A stretch of 32,000 nt of DNA from Candidatus Saccharimonadota bacterium (GCF_002214165.1 NZ_CP019964.1:180001-212000), one strand, 5' to 3'; positions 16,942-26,007 are shown, numbered from the stretch's first letter. The notes: generated by a model from the letters alone, not told the origin. Program-made: numbers and translations.

Positions 16942-18602
16942 CCTTGTCCTTTGTTGAAAAACCTAAGCATGTCATCTTTTAACTCAGGGTAGTCGTTCAG
17001 ACCATCTCCAAGGTAATTTACCGCAGATCTATACCATTCAGGGACAACAAATTTTATTTTTGACAATGAAGTTAAAAGATCATTCATGCCTATAGGCAGG
17101 TTGGGGGTATTTGATTTTATGGACTTCGCCCATACCTCCCTGCTTGAATCCTCGCATATCGATTTTATATCAGAGTGGGATGCGCCTTTTGTAAGCTCTC
17201 CGAGTTTGTCAAAATCTATATCATCCGATATTGGCTTCCCCTTGAGATAGCTTTGGAATAACTTTACCCTTATAGGCTTCGTTGGTGGGGGTATGTACAT
17301 TATATTGCCAAATCTTCCAGACCTTCTAAGCGCAGGATCTATAAGCCAAGGTTCATTGGTTGCCCCAACAACAAGCACCTTATACCCTTTGTCATAAAGG
17401 TTGTTCATTTCGCTCAGCATCGTGTTTACCGCCTGCCTCATCCAGGGTGCGTTCCCTGTTTCGTCCCTGCTTACCCCTAAGGCATCAAGCTCATCAAAGA
17501 AAAGTATGGAAGGCGAATTCTCTCTCGCGTACTCAAATAAGTTGTGTATATTCTTTTCGGTGTTGCCAACCAAAGCATCGATCACATCCGGTATCTTAAC
17601 ATCTATGAATTTGACCTCCGCTTCCCCTGCAGTCGCCATGACTACATAGGTTTTCCCGCATCCTGGAGGGCCGTAAAGCAGCACCCCGCCTCCCACTTTT
17701 ATCCCATAACTAGATAGATTGTTCGAATACTTAAGCGGATAAATTATATACTTGCTAAGTTCGTCTTTCTGGTCCTCCATGTCAACCAAGTCAGAATACC
17801 TCTCTTTAGGCTTTTCGGCTGAAGCGAAAGAGGTTACCCCCGTGCTATTCGTGTTCATTTCGCCCGAGTAATAATCGTTTTTAGTGCTCTTGAATACAAC
17901 ATTGTAAATCATGTCATAGGACAAATCCTTTATGAAATCCGTCCTCACATCATAGAAAATAGGCATAAGCCTGCTATACTCATTGTTGCCGCCTCTTGCG
18001 AATTTCAGCAGTTTATCCACAGTTTCCTGATTGGACTTGTAACCAAGCTGCAGGGCATTTGTAAGATCAGCCATGGCGCGGGCGTTGTCATTTTTTGATA
18101 CATATATCATTGCTTCTATAAGAAGTTCACTTCCAAGGAACCTTCCTTTCACGTCCTCGGATATTGCATACTTAACCATTGAAAGCGCGTCCTGGACATC
18201 ACCAGAGCCAAACATGACAAGGCTTGCGATTACATACATGGCAGGTTTTTGATTTATATAGGAAAGCTGGAGATAACTATCAGATGAGCTATTCTGTATT
18301 ATATCGGTTATAGACTTTACGGAATTTTCATAATCGTTTTCAATAAGGTACGAAGCAGAAAGCATAATTTTTGATATGTCATTCGGATCTATTTTGATAA
18401 GCTTAAACGCATAATCCCTCGCCAAAGAGGAATTAAGCTTGTTGATGCCTACGCAGGATGCTATAAACTCTGTCATATACTTATTCGATGCTGAATCCGA
18501 AGCGAATCCCTTTTCATATTTCTGGCAGTCTTTAAGGGCTTTATCTAATCTCAAAGTTTTTAAATCCTCAAGGATATCCTCAAATTTTACAGAATCAAAC
18601 AT
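16938..18602 (-). CDS. AAA-family ATPase, single cassette, with about 300-aa TPR-like helical N-terminal domain
   Basis: Walker A is LLYGPPGCGKT, Walker B is ILFFDELD, and the SRH is GATNEPWLIDPALRRSGRFG. I moved the start to ATG 18602 (MFDSVKFEDIL). The 32-codon ORF-track extension (MQVLAIAGCTLCFYALNCYYFIYFYCYFNLVI) is the translated promoter region, which contains TTTATATA at 18631-18638 on the minus strand. Confidence 0.85.
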   Translation of the reverse strand: MFDSVKFEDILEDLKTLRLDKALKDCQKYEKGFASDSASNKYMTEFIASCVGINKLNSSLARDYAFKLIKIDPNDISKIMLSASYLIENDYENSVKSITDIIQNSSSDSYLQLSYINQKPAMYVIASLVMFGSGDVQDALSMVKYAISEDVKGRFLGSELLIEAMIYVSKNDNARAMADLTNALQLGYKSNQETVDKLLKFARGGNNEYSRLMPIFYDVRTDFIKDLSYDMIYNVVFKSTKNDYYSGEMNTNSTGVTSFASAEKPKERYSDLVDMEDQKDELSKYIIYPLKYSNNLSSYGIKVGGGVLLYGPPGCGKTYVVMATAGEAEVKFIDVKIPDVIDALVGNTEKNIHNLFEYARENSPSILFFDELDALGVSRDETGNAPWMRQAVNTMLSEMNNLYDKGYKVLVVGATNEPWLIDPALRRSGRFGNIMYIPPPTKPIRVKLFQSYLKGKPISDDIDFDKLGELTKGASHSDIKSICEDSSREVWAKSIKSNTPNLPIGMNDLLTSLSKIKFVVPEWYRSAVNYLGDGLNDYPELKDDMLRFFNKGQG

Positions 18603-18630
18603 TATTACCAGATTAAAATAGCAATAAAAA

Positions 18631-18638
18631 TATATAAA
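18631..18638 (-). promoter_or_regulatory. Candidate TATA box of the AAA ATPase gene
   Basis: On the minus strand, TTTATATA lies about 32 nt upstream of ATG 18602. Confidence 0.35.
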
Positions 18639-18787
18639 ATAGTAGCAATTTAAAGCATAGAAGCAGAGGGTGCATCCAGCAATTGCAAGAACCTGCACAA
18701 GAATAAACAGCCACCAAAAGCCTTATATATCTGTTATGCTCTACTTATATCCAAGCTAAATTTACTCTAGGTGTTAGGATATCAAAC

Positions 18788-19096
18788 TTGAATAACGCAA
18801 CCCCTGAAGACATTGACATCTTATTTGTAGTAAATTCTGAAAATTACTTAACTATAAAGTCGCTCATGGAACTATCAGAAGTATCACTGAGCAGATACAA
18901 AGTGCTGATCCTGGTTGACAAGCAGGTTAAGATACCATTCAGGAAAATACCTGAAAATGTCGATTTCATAACGGAAGAATCAGTGAATTCAGAAATAATG
19001 AAATACAAGCCTAATTATGTAAATGTAATAAATCAGGATACAGGTTTATCAGAACTTTATATGAGCACTATAAGCTATTATAGCGAATACAACTGA
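18788..19096 (+). CDS. Hypothetical protein (102 aa)
   Basis: An ORF with a TTG start. AGGTG lies at 18769-18773, 14 nt upstream of the TTG. The frame stays open further upstream, so the start is uncertain. No family recognised. Confidence 0.4.
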   Translation: MNNATPEDIDILFVVNSENYLTIKSLMELSEVSLSRYKVLILVDKQVKIPFRKIPENVDFITEESVNSEIMKYKPNYVNVINQDTGLSELYMSTISYYSEYN

Positions 19097-19146
19097 AAAA
19101 ACTAAAAGCTCTATCAGAGCATAGACACTATATTTTTAAGCCTTAT

Positions 19147-19707
19147 TTACAGATAAGGCTCATTTGCAACAGTATAATCCAGAAGCTCATCCTTGTCAAA
19201 CCATATATAGATCTCCCTGTCCGCATTTTCTTTGTCCTCAGAAGCGTGAACCAGGTTTCTTACTGCCCTGTCCTCCGAATCTGCCTTTGCATATGAATCC
19301 GTTCCGAATCTACCTCTTATAGATCCGGGGTCTGCCTTCTTTGGCTCTGTAGAACCTATGATCTTCCTTACTGCATATATGGCTTCGTTCCCTTCCAATG
19401 CAATCGCGACAGTCGGCTTTCCAACCAAATAAGAGAGAAGCTTATTCCTCACTTCCTGCCCTATCTCCAGTTCAGTCTTGTCAAGCTTTACACCTTTTTC
19501 AGCATACGAAGCCTTTGTCTTTGTTCCAACGCTTACCATCCATTTCTCATCTGCGGCATAATGCTTCTCAACGTTTTCTTTCTTTGGCTTTACCAGTTTT
19601 AAGCCAACTACCTTAAGCCCCGACTCCTCAAATATGTTGAGCAGCTTCCCTACCATCTGCCTCTGCACTCCATCTGGCTTTATCAATACTAAAGTTCTTT
19701 CTATCAT
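19147..19707 (-). CDS. ndk: Nucleoside diphosphate kinase (long form with insertions)
   Basis: ERTLVLIKPDGVQRQMVGKLL and the active-site context RNLVHASED are present. I moved the start to ATG 19707 (MIERT...), which has GGTG 6 nt upstream. The ORF track begins at TTG 19719. Confidence 0.9.
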   Translation of the reverse strand: MIERTLVLIKPDGVQRQMVGKLLNIFEESGLKVVGLKLVKPKKENVEKHYAADEKWMVSVGTKTKASYAEKGVKLDKTELEIGQEVRNKLLSYLVGKPTVAIALEGNEAIYAVRKIIGSTEPKKADPGSIRGRFGTDSYAKADSEDRAVRNLVHASEDKENADREIYIWFDKDELLDYTVANEPYL

Positions 19708-19825
19708 TTCATACACCAATTAATCAAAAACCCTTTAAGCATGGTCATTTAGGTATTATTTATATAGCTTATCAAATAAAGATATATCTGATTACTTTTG
19801 TATCTAAACATTTTTAAGTGTCACT

Positions 19826-21589
19826 ATGATAAGGCAGCCTATTATAACGGTCATGGGTCATGTAGACCACGGGAAGACAACGCTTTTGGACAAGATCCGC
19901 AGCAGTGCAATCGCTTCAAAGGAAGCGGGCAGAATAACGCAGCACATAGGAGCAAGCGAGGTTCCGCTTTCGGTAATAAATGAAATATGCAAGGACATAC
20001 CAAATTTCTCTTCATCGAATATGAAGATTCCAGGGCTTCTTTTTATAGATACGCCGGGCCACGAGGCCTTCACCAATTTAAGGAGAAGAGGCGGCAGCAT
20101 TGCCGATATGGCCATAGTTGTTGTGGACATAACCCAAGGATTCCAACCACAAACAATAGAAGCTATAAACATACTAAAAGAGTATAAGACGCCTTTTGTA
20201 GTGGCCGCAAACAAGATAGATCTTCTTACAGGATGGATGTCCAATAAAACCCGCAGTTTTCAGGTTTCTTATGGAAAGCAGAGCAAAACAGTGCAGGATC
20301 TCCTTGACAATAAGCTTTACGAATTGGTTGGAAGATTTGGCGAACTGGGATTTAACAGCGAACTGTATAGCAGAGTGTCAAATTTCCAGAATGAGCTTGC
20401 AATAGTGCCGGTCAGCGCAAAGACCGGGGAGGGTATAGCAGAGCTTCTTATGGTAGTGTCAGGGCTGTCACAGAGATTCCTTGAGCTAAAGCTTAACATA
20501 GAGGTAAATGGCCCAGCAAAAGGCAGCATACTCGAGAAGAAGGAGATTAAGGGGCTTGGGACTACACTGGACGTGATAATATACGATGGAACACTGCATA
20601 TCAATGATCAAATAGCGTTTGCGGATTCAAACAACGAAGTTAATACTACAAAGGTGAAAGCGCTTTTGAAGCCCAAGCCAATGCATGAGATTGGTGCATC
20701 GGCAAGCAAGTTCTATTATGTTGACTCTGTAAGTGCAGCTTCCGGTATTAAAATATCAGCGGTAGGTATAGAGGACGCAATGCCAGGGTCTCCAATAATA
20801 GCAGTTACTGGAAACGATGACTATAAAAATATCATAAAATCCGAAATGGCAGACATATTCAAGACGGACAATGCAGGTATAATACTAAAGGCGGATTCTA
20901 TAGGAAGCCTGGAGGCAATATCAAAGCTGATGTCATCCGAGAATTTCAGGATAAGCAAGAAGGGAATAGGGAATGTGAACAAAAGGGACATAATGGATGC
21001 ATTTTCAATGTACGGCACCGATCCTCTCTACGCAGTTATAATTGCATTCAATGTATCCATAGACAATGATGCTGAGGAGGAAGCCAAGACTAGCGGAGTA
21101 AAAATAATAAGCGAAAATGTAATATACAAGCTGATAGACTCTTATAAGGAGTTTGTAAATCTAAGGACTACCGCAAAGAAAAAGGAAGCGGAGGATAGGA
21201 TAACTTTCCCATCAAAAATAGAAGTGATAGCCGGAGACTGCTTCAGGGTGTCGCATCCAGCAATATTTGGCATAAAAGTAGAAACCGGAAGAATAAAGCC
21301 AGGATTTATAATGATTAACGATTCCGGTATAGTTGTTGGAAAAATCAAGGGCATACAGAACGAAAAGCAGCCGCTCCAAGAAGCAAAGAGAGGGGACGAA
21401 ATTGCAATGTCAATGGATGAACCCACTTATGGCAGGCAGATACAGGATAACCAGATTCTTTATACAAGGGTGACCAAAGAGATGCAGTTCCTGCTGCAAA
21501 ATGAATTTTCATACCTCTTGAATGACGATGATAAAAAGACCTTGGAAGAAATAATACGCATAATGAACAAGAACTCCACTAACAGATAG
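19826..21589 (+). CDS. infB: Translation initiation factor aIF5B (IF-2 homologue)
   Basis: The GTPase motifs are G1 GHVDHGKTTLLD, G3 DTPGHEAF and G4 NKID. The roughly 590-aa length and domain order are typical of aIF5B. Confidence 0.93.
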   Translation: MIRQPIITVMGHVDHGKTTLLDKIRSSAIASKEAGRITQHIGASEVPLSVINEICKDIPNFSSSNMKIPGLLFIDTPGHEAFTNLRRRGGSIADMAIVVVDITQGFQPQTIEAINILKEYKTPFVVAANKIDLLTGWMSNKTRSFQVSYGKQSKTVQDLLDNKLYELVGRFGELGFNSELYSRVSNFQNELAIVPVSAKTGEGIAELLMVVSGLSQRFLELKLNIEVNGPAKGSILEKKEIKGLGTTLDVIIYDGTLHINDQIAFADSNNEVNTTKVKALLKPKPMHEIGASASKFYYVDSVSAASGIKISAVGIEDAMPGSPIIAVTGNDDYKNIIKSEMADIFKTDNAGIILKADSIGSLEAISKLMSSENFRISKKGIGNVNKRDIMDAFSMYGTDPLYAVIIAFNVSIDNDAEEEAKTSGVKIISENVIYKLIDSYKEFVNLRTTAKKKEAEDRITFPSKIEVIAGDCFRVSHPAIFGIKVETGRIKPGFIMINDSGIVVGKIKGIQNEKQPLQEAKRGDEIAMSMDEPTYGRQIQDNQILYTRVTKEMQFLLQNEFSYLLNDDDKKTLEEIIRIMNKNSTNR

Positions 21590-21693
21590 CCAAATAATCT
21601 GTCAAATTGGTGCACTTAGCGAAAAGTATTTATAGTTTAATGCTAAATAAAAACTGCTTAAAATATTTAGGTTTAATTTGATTCTCTGTAAAT

Positions 21694-21745
21694 TTTCATT
21701 CGTGGGTTTTTAATTTATTGATCTTGACGTACACGAGAAATGAAA
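21694..21745. promoter_or_regulatory. Interrupted inverted repeat upstream of tuf
   Basis: TTTCATTCGTG (21694-21704) pairs with CACG-AGA-AATGAAA (21732-21745). This gives 11 bp with a 3-nt bulge and a 27-nt loop. It ends 55 nt before the tuf ATG, just upstream of a TTAAATAT box (21750-21757). Confidence 0.3.
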
Positions 21746-21800
21746 AAGCTTAAATATGGATTAGCAAAATATATAATAAGAAGAATATAAGGTGAAATAG

Positions 21801-23081
21801 ATGTCAGATAAACCACACTTGAATCTTATCTTTATAGGCCACGTTGACCACGGTAAGTCAACGACAGTAGGGAGACTGCTTTACGAAACACACGTAATAA
21901 CAGATAGAGATATAGCGCGTTACAAAGAGCTGACGCAGCAGCTTAACAAGCCAACTTTCGAGTTCGCTTTCGTTATGGACCAGCTCAAGGAAGAGAGGGA
22001 AAGAGGTATAACAATAGATATCATGCATAAGGATTTCAATACCGATAAGTACTACTTCACGATAATCGATGCCCCTGGACACAAGGACTTCGTAAAGAAC
22101 ATGATAACAGGCGCAAGCCAAGCAGATGCTGCCGTGTTGGTAGTGAGTGCCGTAAACGGAATTCAGCCTCAGACAAGAGAGCATGCAATATTGGCAAGCG
22201 TATTAGGTATCGGACAGATGATAATAGGGATAAACAAGATGGATGCAGCCAACTTCGAACAGGCAAAGTTCGAAGAGACAAAGAAATCCGTACTGGACAT
22301 GCTTAAATCACTAGGATACCAGAATCTGGACAAGATACAGGTAGTTCCATATTCCGCGTTGACAGGTGACAACGTAGCGGCAAAGTCCGACAAGCTTCCT
22401 TGGTACAATGGTGCAACCCTACTTCAGAGCTTGGACAACCTTGTAGTGCCTTCAAAGCCTGTTGACAAGCCACTTAGGCTTCCTATACAGGATGTCTACA
22501 ACATACCTGGATTTGGTACAGTGCCAGTAGGAAGAGTGGAGACAGGAGTAATGAAGCCAGGAGACTCCATAGTAATAATGCCATCTGGAATAAAGACCGA
22601 TGTAAAAAGCATTCAGGAGCACTATACAGATTTGCCAAAGGCAGAACCTGGAGACAATGTAGGATTTAATATAAAGGGAGTAGACAGGAAAGATATACAC
22701 AGGGGAGATGTAGTTGGACCATCAAGCAACCCTCCTGCAGTAATAGCAGATTTCACTGCACTAGTAACAATACTTCACCACCCTAATGTGATAACTAAGG
22801 GATACACTCCAGTATTCCATATACACACAGCACAGGTGGCGTGCACCTTTATAGAGCTGTTGGAGAAGAAGGATCCTAAGACAGGAGAAACCTTGGAGAA
22901 GAATCCAACCACGATAAAGCAGGGAGATATTGCAATAGTAAAGATAAAGCCAACAAAGCCTCTTTCCGCAGAAAAGTTCAGCGATTTTGCCCCTCTTGGA
23001 AGGTTCGCTATAAGAGATATGGGAGAGACAGTCGGAGCAGGAAAAATACTGGACATAACGCCTGCAGCACCTAAAAAGTGA
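21801..23081 (+). CDS. tuf: Translation elongation factor EF-1 alpha
   Basis: KPHLNLIFIGHVDHGKSTTVGRLL, DAPGHKDF and NKMD are present. The SD is a strong GGTGA (21791-21795) with a 5-nt spacer. Codon bias is strong, with many stop-free antisense frames. Confidence 0.96.
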   Translation: MSDKPHLNLIFIGHVDHGKSTTVGRLLYETHVITDRDIARYKELTQQLNKPTFEFAFVMDQLKEERERGITIDIMHKDFNTDKYYFTIIDAPGHKDFVKNMITGASQADAAVLVVSAVNGIQPQTREHAILASVLGIGQMIIGINKMDAANFEQAKFEETKKSVLDMLKSLGYQNLDKIQVVPYSALTGDNVAAKSDKLPWYNGATLLQSLDNLVVPSKPVDKPLRLPIQDVYNIPGFGTVPVGRVETGVMKPGDSIVIMPSGIKTDVKSIQEHYTDLPKAEPGDNVGFNIKGVDRKDIHRGDVVGPSSNPPAVIADFTALVTILHHPNVITKGYTPVFHIHTAQVACTFIELLEKKDPKTGETLEKNPTTIKQGDIAIVKIKPTKPLSAEKFSDFAPLGRFAIRDMGETVGAGKILDITPAAPKK

Positions 23082-23086
23082 TTTTG

Positions 23087-23395
23087 ATGGCAGGAGTCGC
23101 AGTAATAAAGTTATCCAGCATATCGGGTTCAGATGCGGACAGCATAATGAACCAGATAAAGTCAATAGCCCAGCAGCTGAACATAAAGGTAAGGGGGCCA
23201 ATACCATTGCCTACAAAGCACATAATACAAACAACGAGGAAAACACCTGCAGCAGATGGAAGCCATACATTTGAGAGATGGGAGCTGCGCGTCCACAAGA
23301 GGATGATCAAGGTTTTCGCAAGCGATCAGGCACTGCACCAGATACTTAGGATAACGGTTCCTGATACAGTTCAGATAGAGATAAGCTTAAGCTAA
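23087..23395 (+). CDS. rps10: 30S ribosomal protein S10
   Basis: IKLSS...VRGPIPLPTKHIIQTTRKTP...WELRVHKRMI is the S10 signature. GTGAT (23078-23082) overlaps the tuf stop codon and serves as the SD for ATG 23087 with a 4-nt spacer. The ORF track begins at GTG 23078. Confidence 0.93.
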   Translation: MAGVAVIKLSSISGSDADSIMNQIKSIAQQLNIKVRGPIPLPTKHIIQTTRKTPAADGSHTFERWELRVHKRMIKVFASDQALHQILRITVPDTVQIEISLS

Positions 23396-23413
23396 TTGTT
23401 TTTGCTTTTGTTT
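23396..23413 (+). terminator. Oligo-T terminator candidate after rps10
   Basis: TTGTTTTTGCTTTTGTTT begins immediately after the stop codon. Archaeal termination commonly uses T-tracts. Confidence 0.4.
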
Positions 23414-23486
23414 AACTGTCTCTTTCTTATTTTTATTCTAAAAATCGATTTTCAAAAATAAGTAAATATTTAAAAAATCAAATTAT

Positions 23487-23669
23487 TTATTCGTCATCAT
23501 CCTTTATGGCTGCCTTGACCTTCTTCATCAAGTTTTCATCAATATTGTCTATATGATGTGCTGATTTTGCGTGTGCCGCTATTTTGCCCAAAAGCTCTGC
23601 TTCAGAATCACTTTCTGCTTTGAAATCACAGTCCATTCCTATATCTCTGCATGCAAATGTTTTTGTCAT
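23487..23669 (-). CDS. DUF1059 small metal-binding protein
   Basis: MTKTFACRDIGMDCDFKAESDSEAELLGKIAAHAKSAHH matches the DUF1059 pattern (F.CrD.G.dC.f....t.eE....H....H). GTGAT lies 3 nt upstream of the ATG. Confidence 0.8.
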   Translation of the reverse strand: MTKTFACRDIGMDCDFKAESDSEAELLGKIAAHAKSAHHIDNIDENLMKKVKAAIKDDDE

Positions 23670-23808
23670 TTTATCACATTACTATATTAAATTTAAATTA
23701 TATAAATTTATGGTAAATGATAAAATTAACTTTATATAACTATTTATCCGTATTTGGCCTTACTCTGTTCTGTTTGCAATAATAACCTAAGAAATAGGAA
23801 GTCTGTTG

Positions 23809-24099
23809 TTAATCCCGGTACTTGAGTTCATCACTCATCATTTCAGGTGTCCATATTGGATCCCAAACAAGCTCAATATTCGCATGTCCTATCCCTGGTA
23901 TGTTCTCCAGCCTCATTTGGACATCCGCCAGTATCAGGGAGGTTACAGGACACATAGGAGAAGTCATAGTCAACTTTAAATTTATATCATTTTCATCTAT
24001 CTGTATACCATATATCAACCCAAGGTTAACTATGTCTGCGTCTATCTCCGGATCCCTGCATTGTGACAATGCCTCTAAAACTTCCTTTTTTGTAACCAA
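23809..24099 (-). CDS. DUF59 / MIP18-family Fe-S cluster assembly protein (SufT/PaaD-like)
   Basis: VLEALSQCRDPEIDADIVNLGLIYGI...LTMTSPMCP is the DUF59 signature. The TTG start is preceded by AGGTG with a 5-nt spacer. Confidence 0.8.
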   Translation of the reverse strand: MVTKKEVLEALSQCRDPEIDADIVNLGLIYGIQIDENDINLKLTMTSPMCPVTSLILADVQMRLENIPGIGHANIELVWDPIWTPEMMSDELKYRD

Positions 24100-24144
24100 C
24101 CTAACACCTTAAAATCAGAATAAAAATAGAAATAAACAATTAAT

Positions 24145-24792
24145 TTACTCCTTTACCTTCCTAAGCTTTTTATCGACTTCCTCCCAGTTAACTATGTTCC
24201 ACCATGCATTCACATAGTCTGCCCTTTTGTTCTTGTACTGAAGGTAGTAAGCATGCTCAAACTCATCCATTATCATAAGAACAGGCAGTTCGGCAATGTG
24301 GTTCTGGAAATGGTTTTCGAAGGTCATTATCTGCAAATTGCTGTTCTCTGTTTCATAGTAAAGGACTGTCCATCCGGTTCCAGGCAACGAATTTGCTGCT
24401 TCATTGAATAGGCCCTTGAACTTGTCAAAGCTCCCATACTGCTTGTTTATCATGTCAGCCAGCTCACCTCCAGGTGTTCCTCCTCCCTTGTTTCCTGGCT
24501 CTCCCATGTTATTCCAGTACAATGAGTGAAGCTTGTGGCCGTTTATATTGAAGACCAAACCCCTCATCAATCCCTGCATATCATAATCTCCTGCAGGCAA
24601 ATCCCCCTTTATTACTTTATTGAATCTGTCAACAAATGTATTGCTGCTGTTTACGTATCCCTTGTGGTGTGCATTGTAGTGCAGATCCATTATGTCCTTG
24701 CTAATGTAAGGTTCTAAAGCATCTAGCTTGTATGGCAACTGTGGCAATTCATATTTTTTCAATAATTCCTTTGGTAAGTTTTCTCCTTCCAT
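24145..24792 (-). CDS. sod: Fe/Mn superoxide dismutase
   Basis: [25 protein letters not shown], then [28 protein letters not shown], which carry the metal ligands H, H, D, H. GGTGA (24797-24801, minus strand) lies 4 nt upstream of the ATG. Confidence 0.95.
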   Translation of the reverse strand: MEGENLPKELLKKYELPQLPYKLDALEPYISKDIMDLHYNAHHKGYVNSSNTFVDRFNKVIKGDLPAGDYDMQGLMRGLVFNINGHKLHSLYWNNMGEPGNKGGGTPGGELADMINKQYGSFDKFKGLFNEAANSLPGTGWTVLYYETENSNLQIMTFENHFQNHIAELPVLMIMDEFEHAYYLQYKNKRADYVNAWWNIVNWEEVDKKLRKVKE

Positions 24793-24978
24793 ATTTTCAC
24801 CACTTATATTTGGTAGAAAATAATTAAAGTATATGCCATATAAATAAGAGACAAAAATAAAATTTTTACAGTTGGTGGAATTCCAATATCCTTGTACTTT
24901 GGCACACCCGCTTTACAACAAGGAAGGCTATAAAACAATAAATAAAATAAGTTTATGGCAAAATCAAGCTTATGCCAT

Positions 24979-25950
24979 CTATTCGCTTTTTTGGATCCCT
25001 ATCATTGCTATATGCGCCAGCATAGCTTGGAGCTGTATCCTTTCATTTGCCCCTTCGACTATTCTGAAATTATAGGAAGCTATGTCAACCATAAGGCGAA
25101 GCTTGTCCTTCTCCTTTATATTCATGTTAGGGATCTCCTTGTAGCACTGCAGAAGTATGTCCTCCGCGCTCAATCCATATTGTATCATAAGCTTGTCCAG
25201 CTCTTCGGTGGATTTCTCAAATTCTCCATTGAGGGCGAATTTAAGCATGTTAACTATCTCCTTTGGCCTTGCCCTTGCTGCTATCTCGTAAATGTCTGAC
25301 TCGTCTATCTTATTGCTGCGCATCGCCGCACTCTGCAGCGTATTGGTCAGCTTTCTTAGATCTCCTTCGCTTATGTATATCAAAGCCTCTATTGCGCTGT
25401 CAGATATGTCAAGGTTCTCTCCTTTTATTATCCTTTCTATATACTCTTTCATATCTTTCTCGTTCAGGGGCTTGAACCTAAACACCACACATCTGCTCTG
25501 GATAGGGTCTATTATCTTGCTTGCATAATTAGCGCTTAATATGAATCTTGTTTCGGATGAGAACTTCTCCATCGTCCTTCTTAATGCATGCTGTGCATCT
25601 GTTGTCAATGCATCAGCTTCATCCAAGAATATTATCTTTATAGGAACATCCGCCAATGACAAGGTCCTGGCAAATTCCTTGACCTCTCCTCTTATTACAT
25701 CAATGCCCCTTGCATCGCTGGCATTCAACTCCTTGAATGCACCTTCGATTCTATCTTTGTAAAGGTCATTTGCTATAGCTATAGCGCATGTGGTTTTTCC
25801 TATCCCTGCAGGACCTGCAAATATCATATTAGGAAAATTCCCTGTTTTTACAAAGCTCCTCAGTCTCTTGACTATCTCATTCTGGCCTATGACGTCGTTA
25901 AGCGACTTTGGCCTGTATTTTTCAGTCCACGGTAAATCTAAATTATCCAT
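24979..25950 (-). CDS. rfcS: Replication factor C small subunit
   Basis: PWTEKYRPKSLNDVIGQ, Walker A GPAGIGKTT, DEAD-like FLDEADALT and the SRC motif (QSRC) are present. I moved the start to ATG 25950 (MDNLDLPW), which has GGAGGT 6 nt upstream. The ORF track begins at 25980. Confidence 0.93.
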   Translation of the reverse strand: MDNLDLPWTEKYRPKSLNDVIGQNEIVKRLRSFVKTGNFPNMIFAGPAGIGKTTCAIAIANDLYKDRIEGAFKELNASDARGIDVIRGEVKEFARTLSLADVPIKIIFLDEADALTTDAQHALRRTMEKFSSETRFILSANYASKIIDPIQSRCVVFRFKPLNEKDMKEYIERIIKGENLDISDSAIEALIYISEGDLRKLTNTLQSAAMRSNKIDESDIYEIAARARPKEIVNMLKFALNGEFEKSTEELDKLMIQYGLSAEDILLQCYKEIPNMNIKEKDKLRLMVDIASYNFRIVEGANERIQLQAMLAHIAMIGIQKSE

Positions 25951-25981
25951 AATATGACCTCCACTGTATAAAACTTCCAAA

Positions 25982-25995
25982 GGCCCTAGAGGGCC
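25982..25995. repeat. GC-rich palindrome GGCCCT-AG-AGGGCC
   Basis: Two 6-bp arms flank a 2-bp spacer in the 57-nt gap between the PRC-barrel gene end (26008) and the rfcS ATG (25950). Confidence 0.5.
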
Positions 25996-26007
25996 CGATT
26001 CAGCTTA

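Noticed and set aside
18603-18698. A hydrophobic, Cys/Tyr/Phe-rich 32-aa N-terminal 'TM-like' extension on the AAA ATPase. There are analogous ORF-track extensions at 7304-7336 (map), 25951-25980 (rfcS), 19708-19719 (ndk), 10360-10365, 15213-15221, 23078-23086 and 26534-26569.
   Set aside because: These extensions translate AT-rich promoter/SD regions. Internal ATGs with SD or TATA signals restore N-termini that match the family consensus.
18769-18778. The 10-mer AGGTGTTAGG upstream of ORF 18788 is identical to the SD region of the DUF59 gene (24100-24109, minus strand). By analogy, this hints at an in-frame ATA start at 18779.
   Set aside because: Half of the match is the generic SD AGGTG, and the remaining 5 nt could be coincidence. 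An ATA start is unsupported without experimental data. I note it only as start-site uncertainty.
21858-23207. Six antisense ORFs of 74-148 aa inside tuf and across the tuf/rps10 junction
   Set aside because: They lie opposite an unmistakable EF-1alpha gene. Their products are Cys/Leu/Ser-rich nonsense. They are explained by the strong codon bias of a highly expressed gene, which avoids codons whose complements are stops.
24872-25299. Two plus-strand ORFs (67 and 114 aa) opposite the rfcS 3' end and the sod-rfcS spacer
   Set aside because: They are antisense to a well-supported rfcS. The intergenic part is AT-rich terminator/promoter DNA, and no SD or TATA is placed for them.
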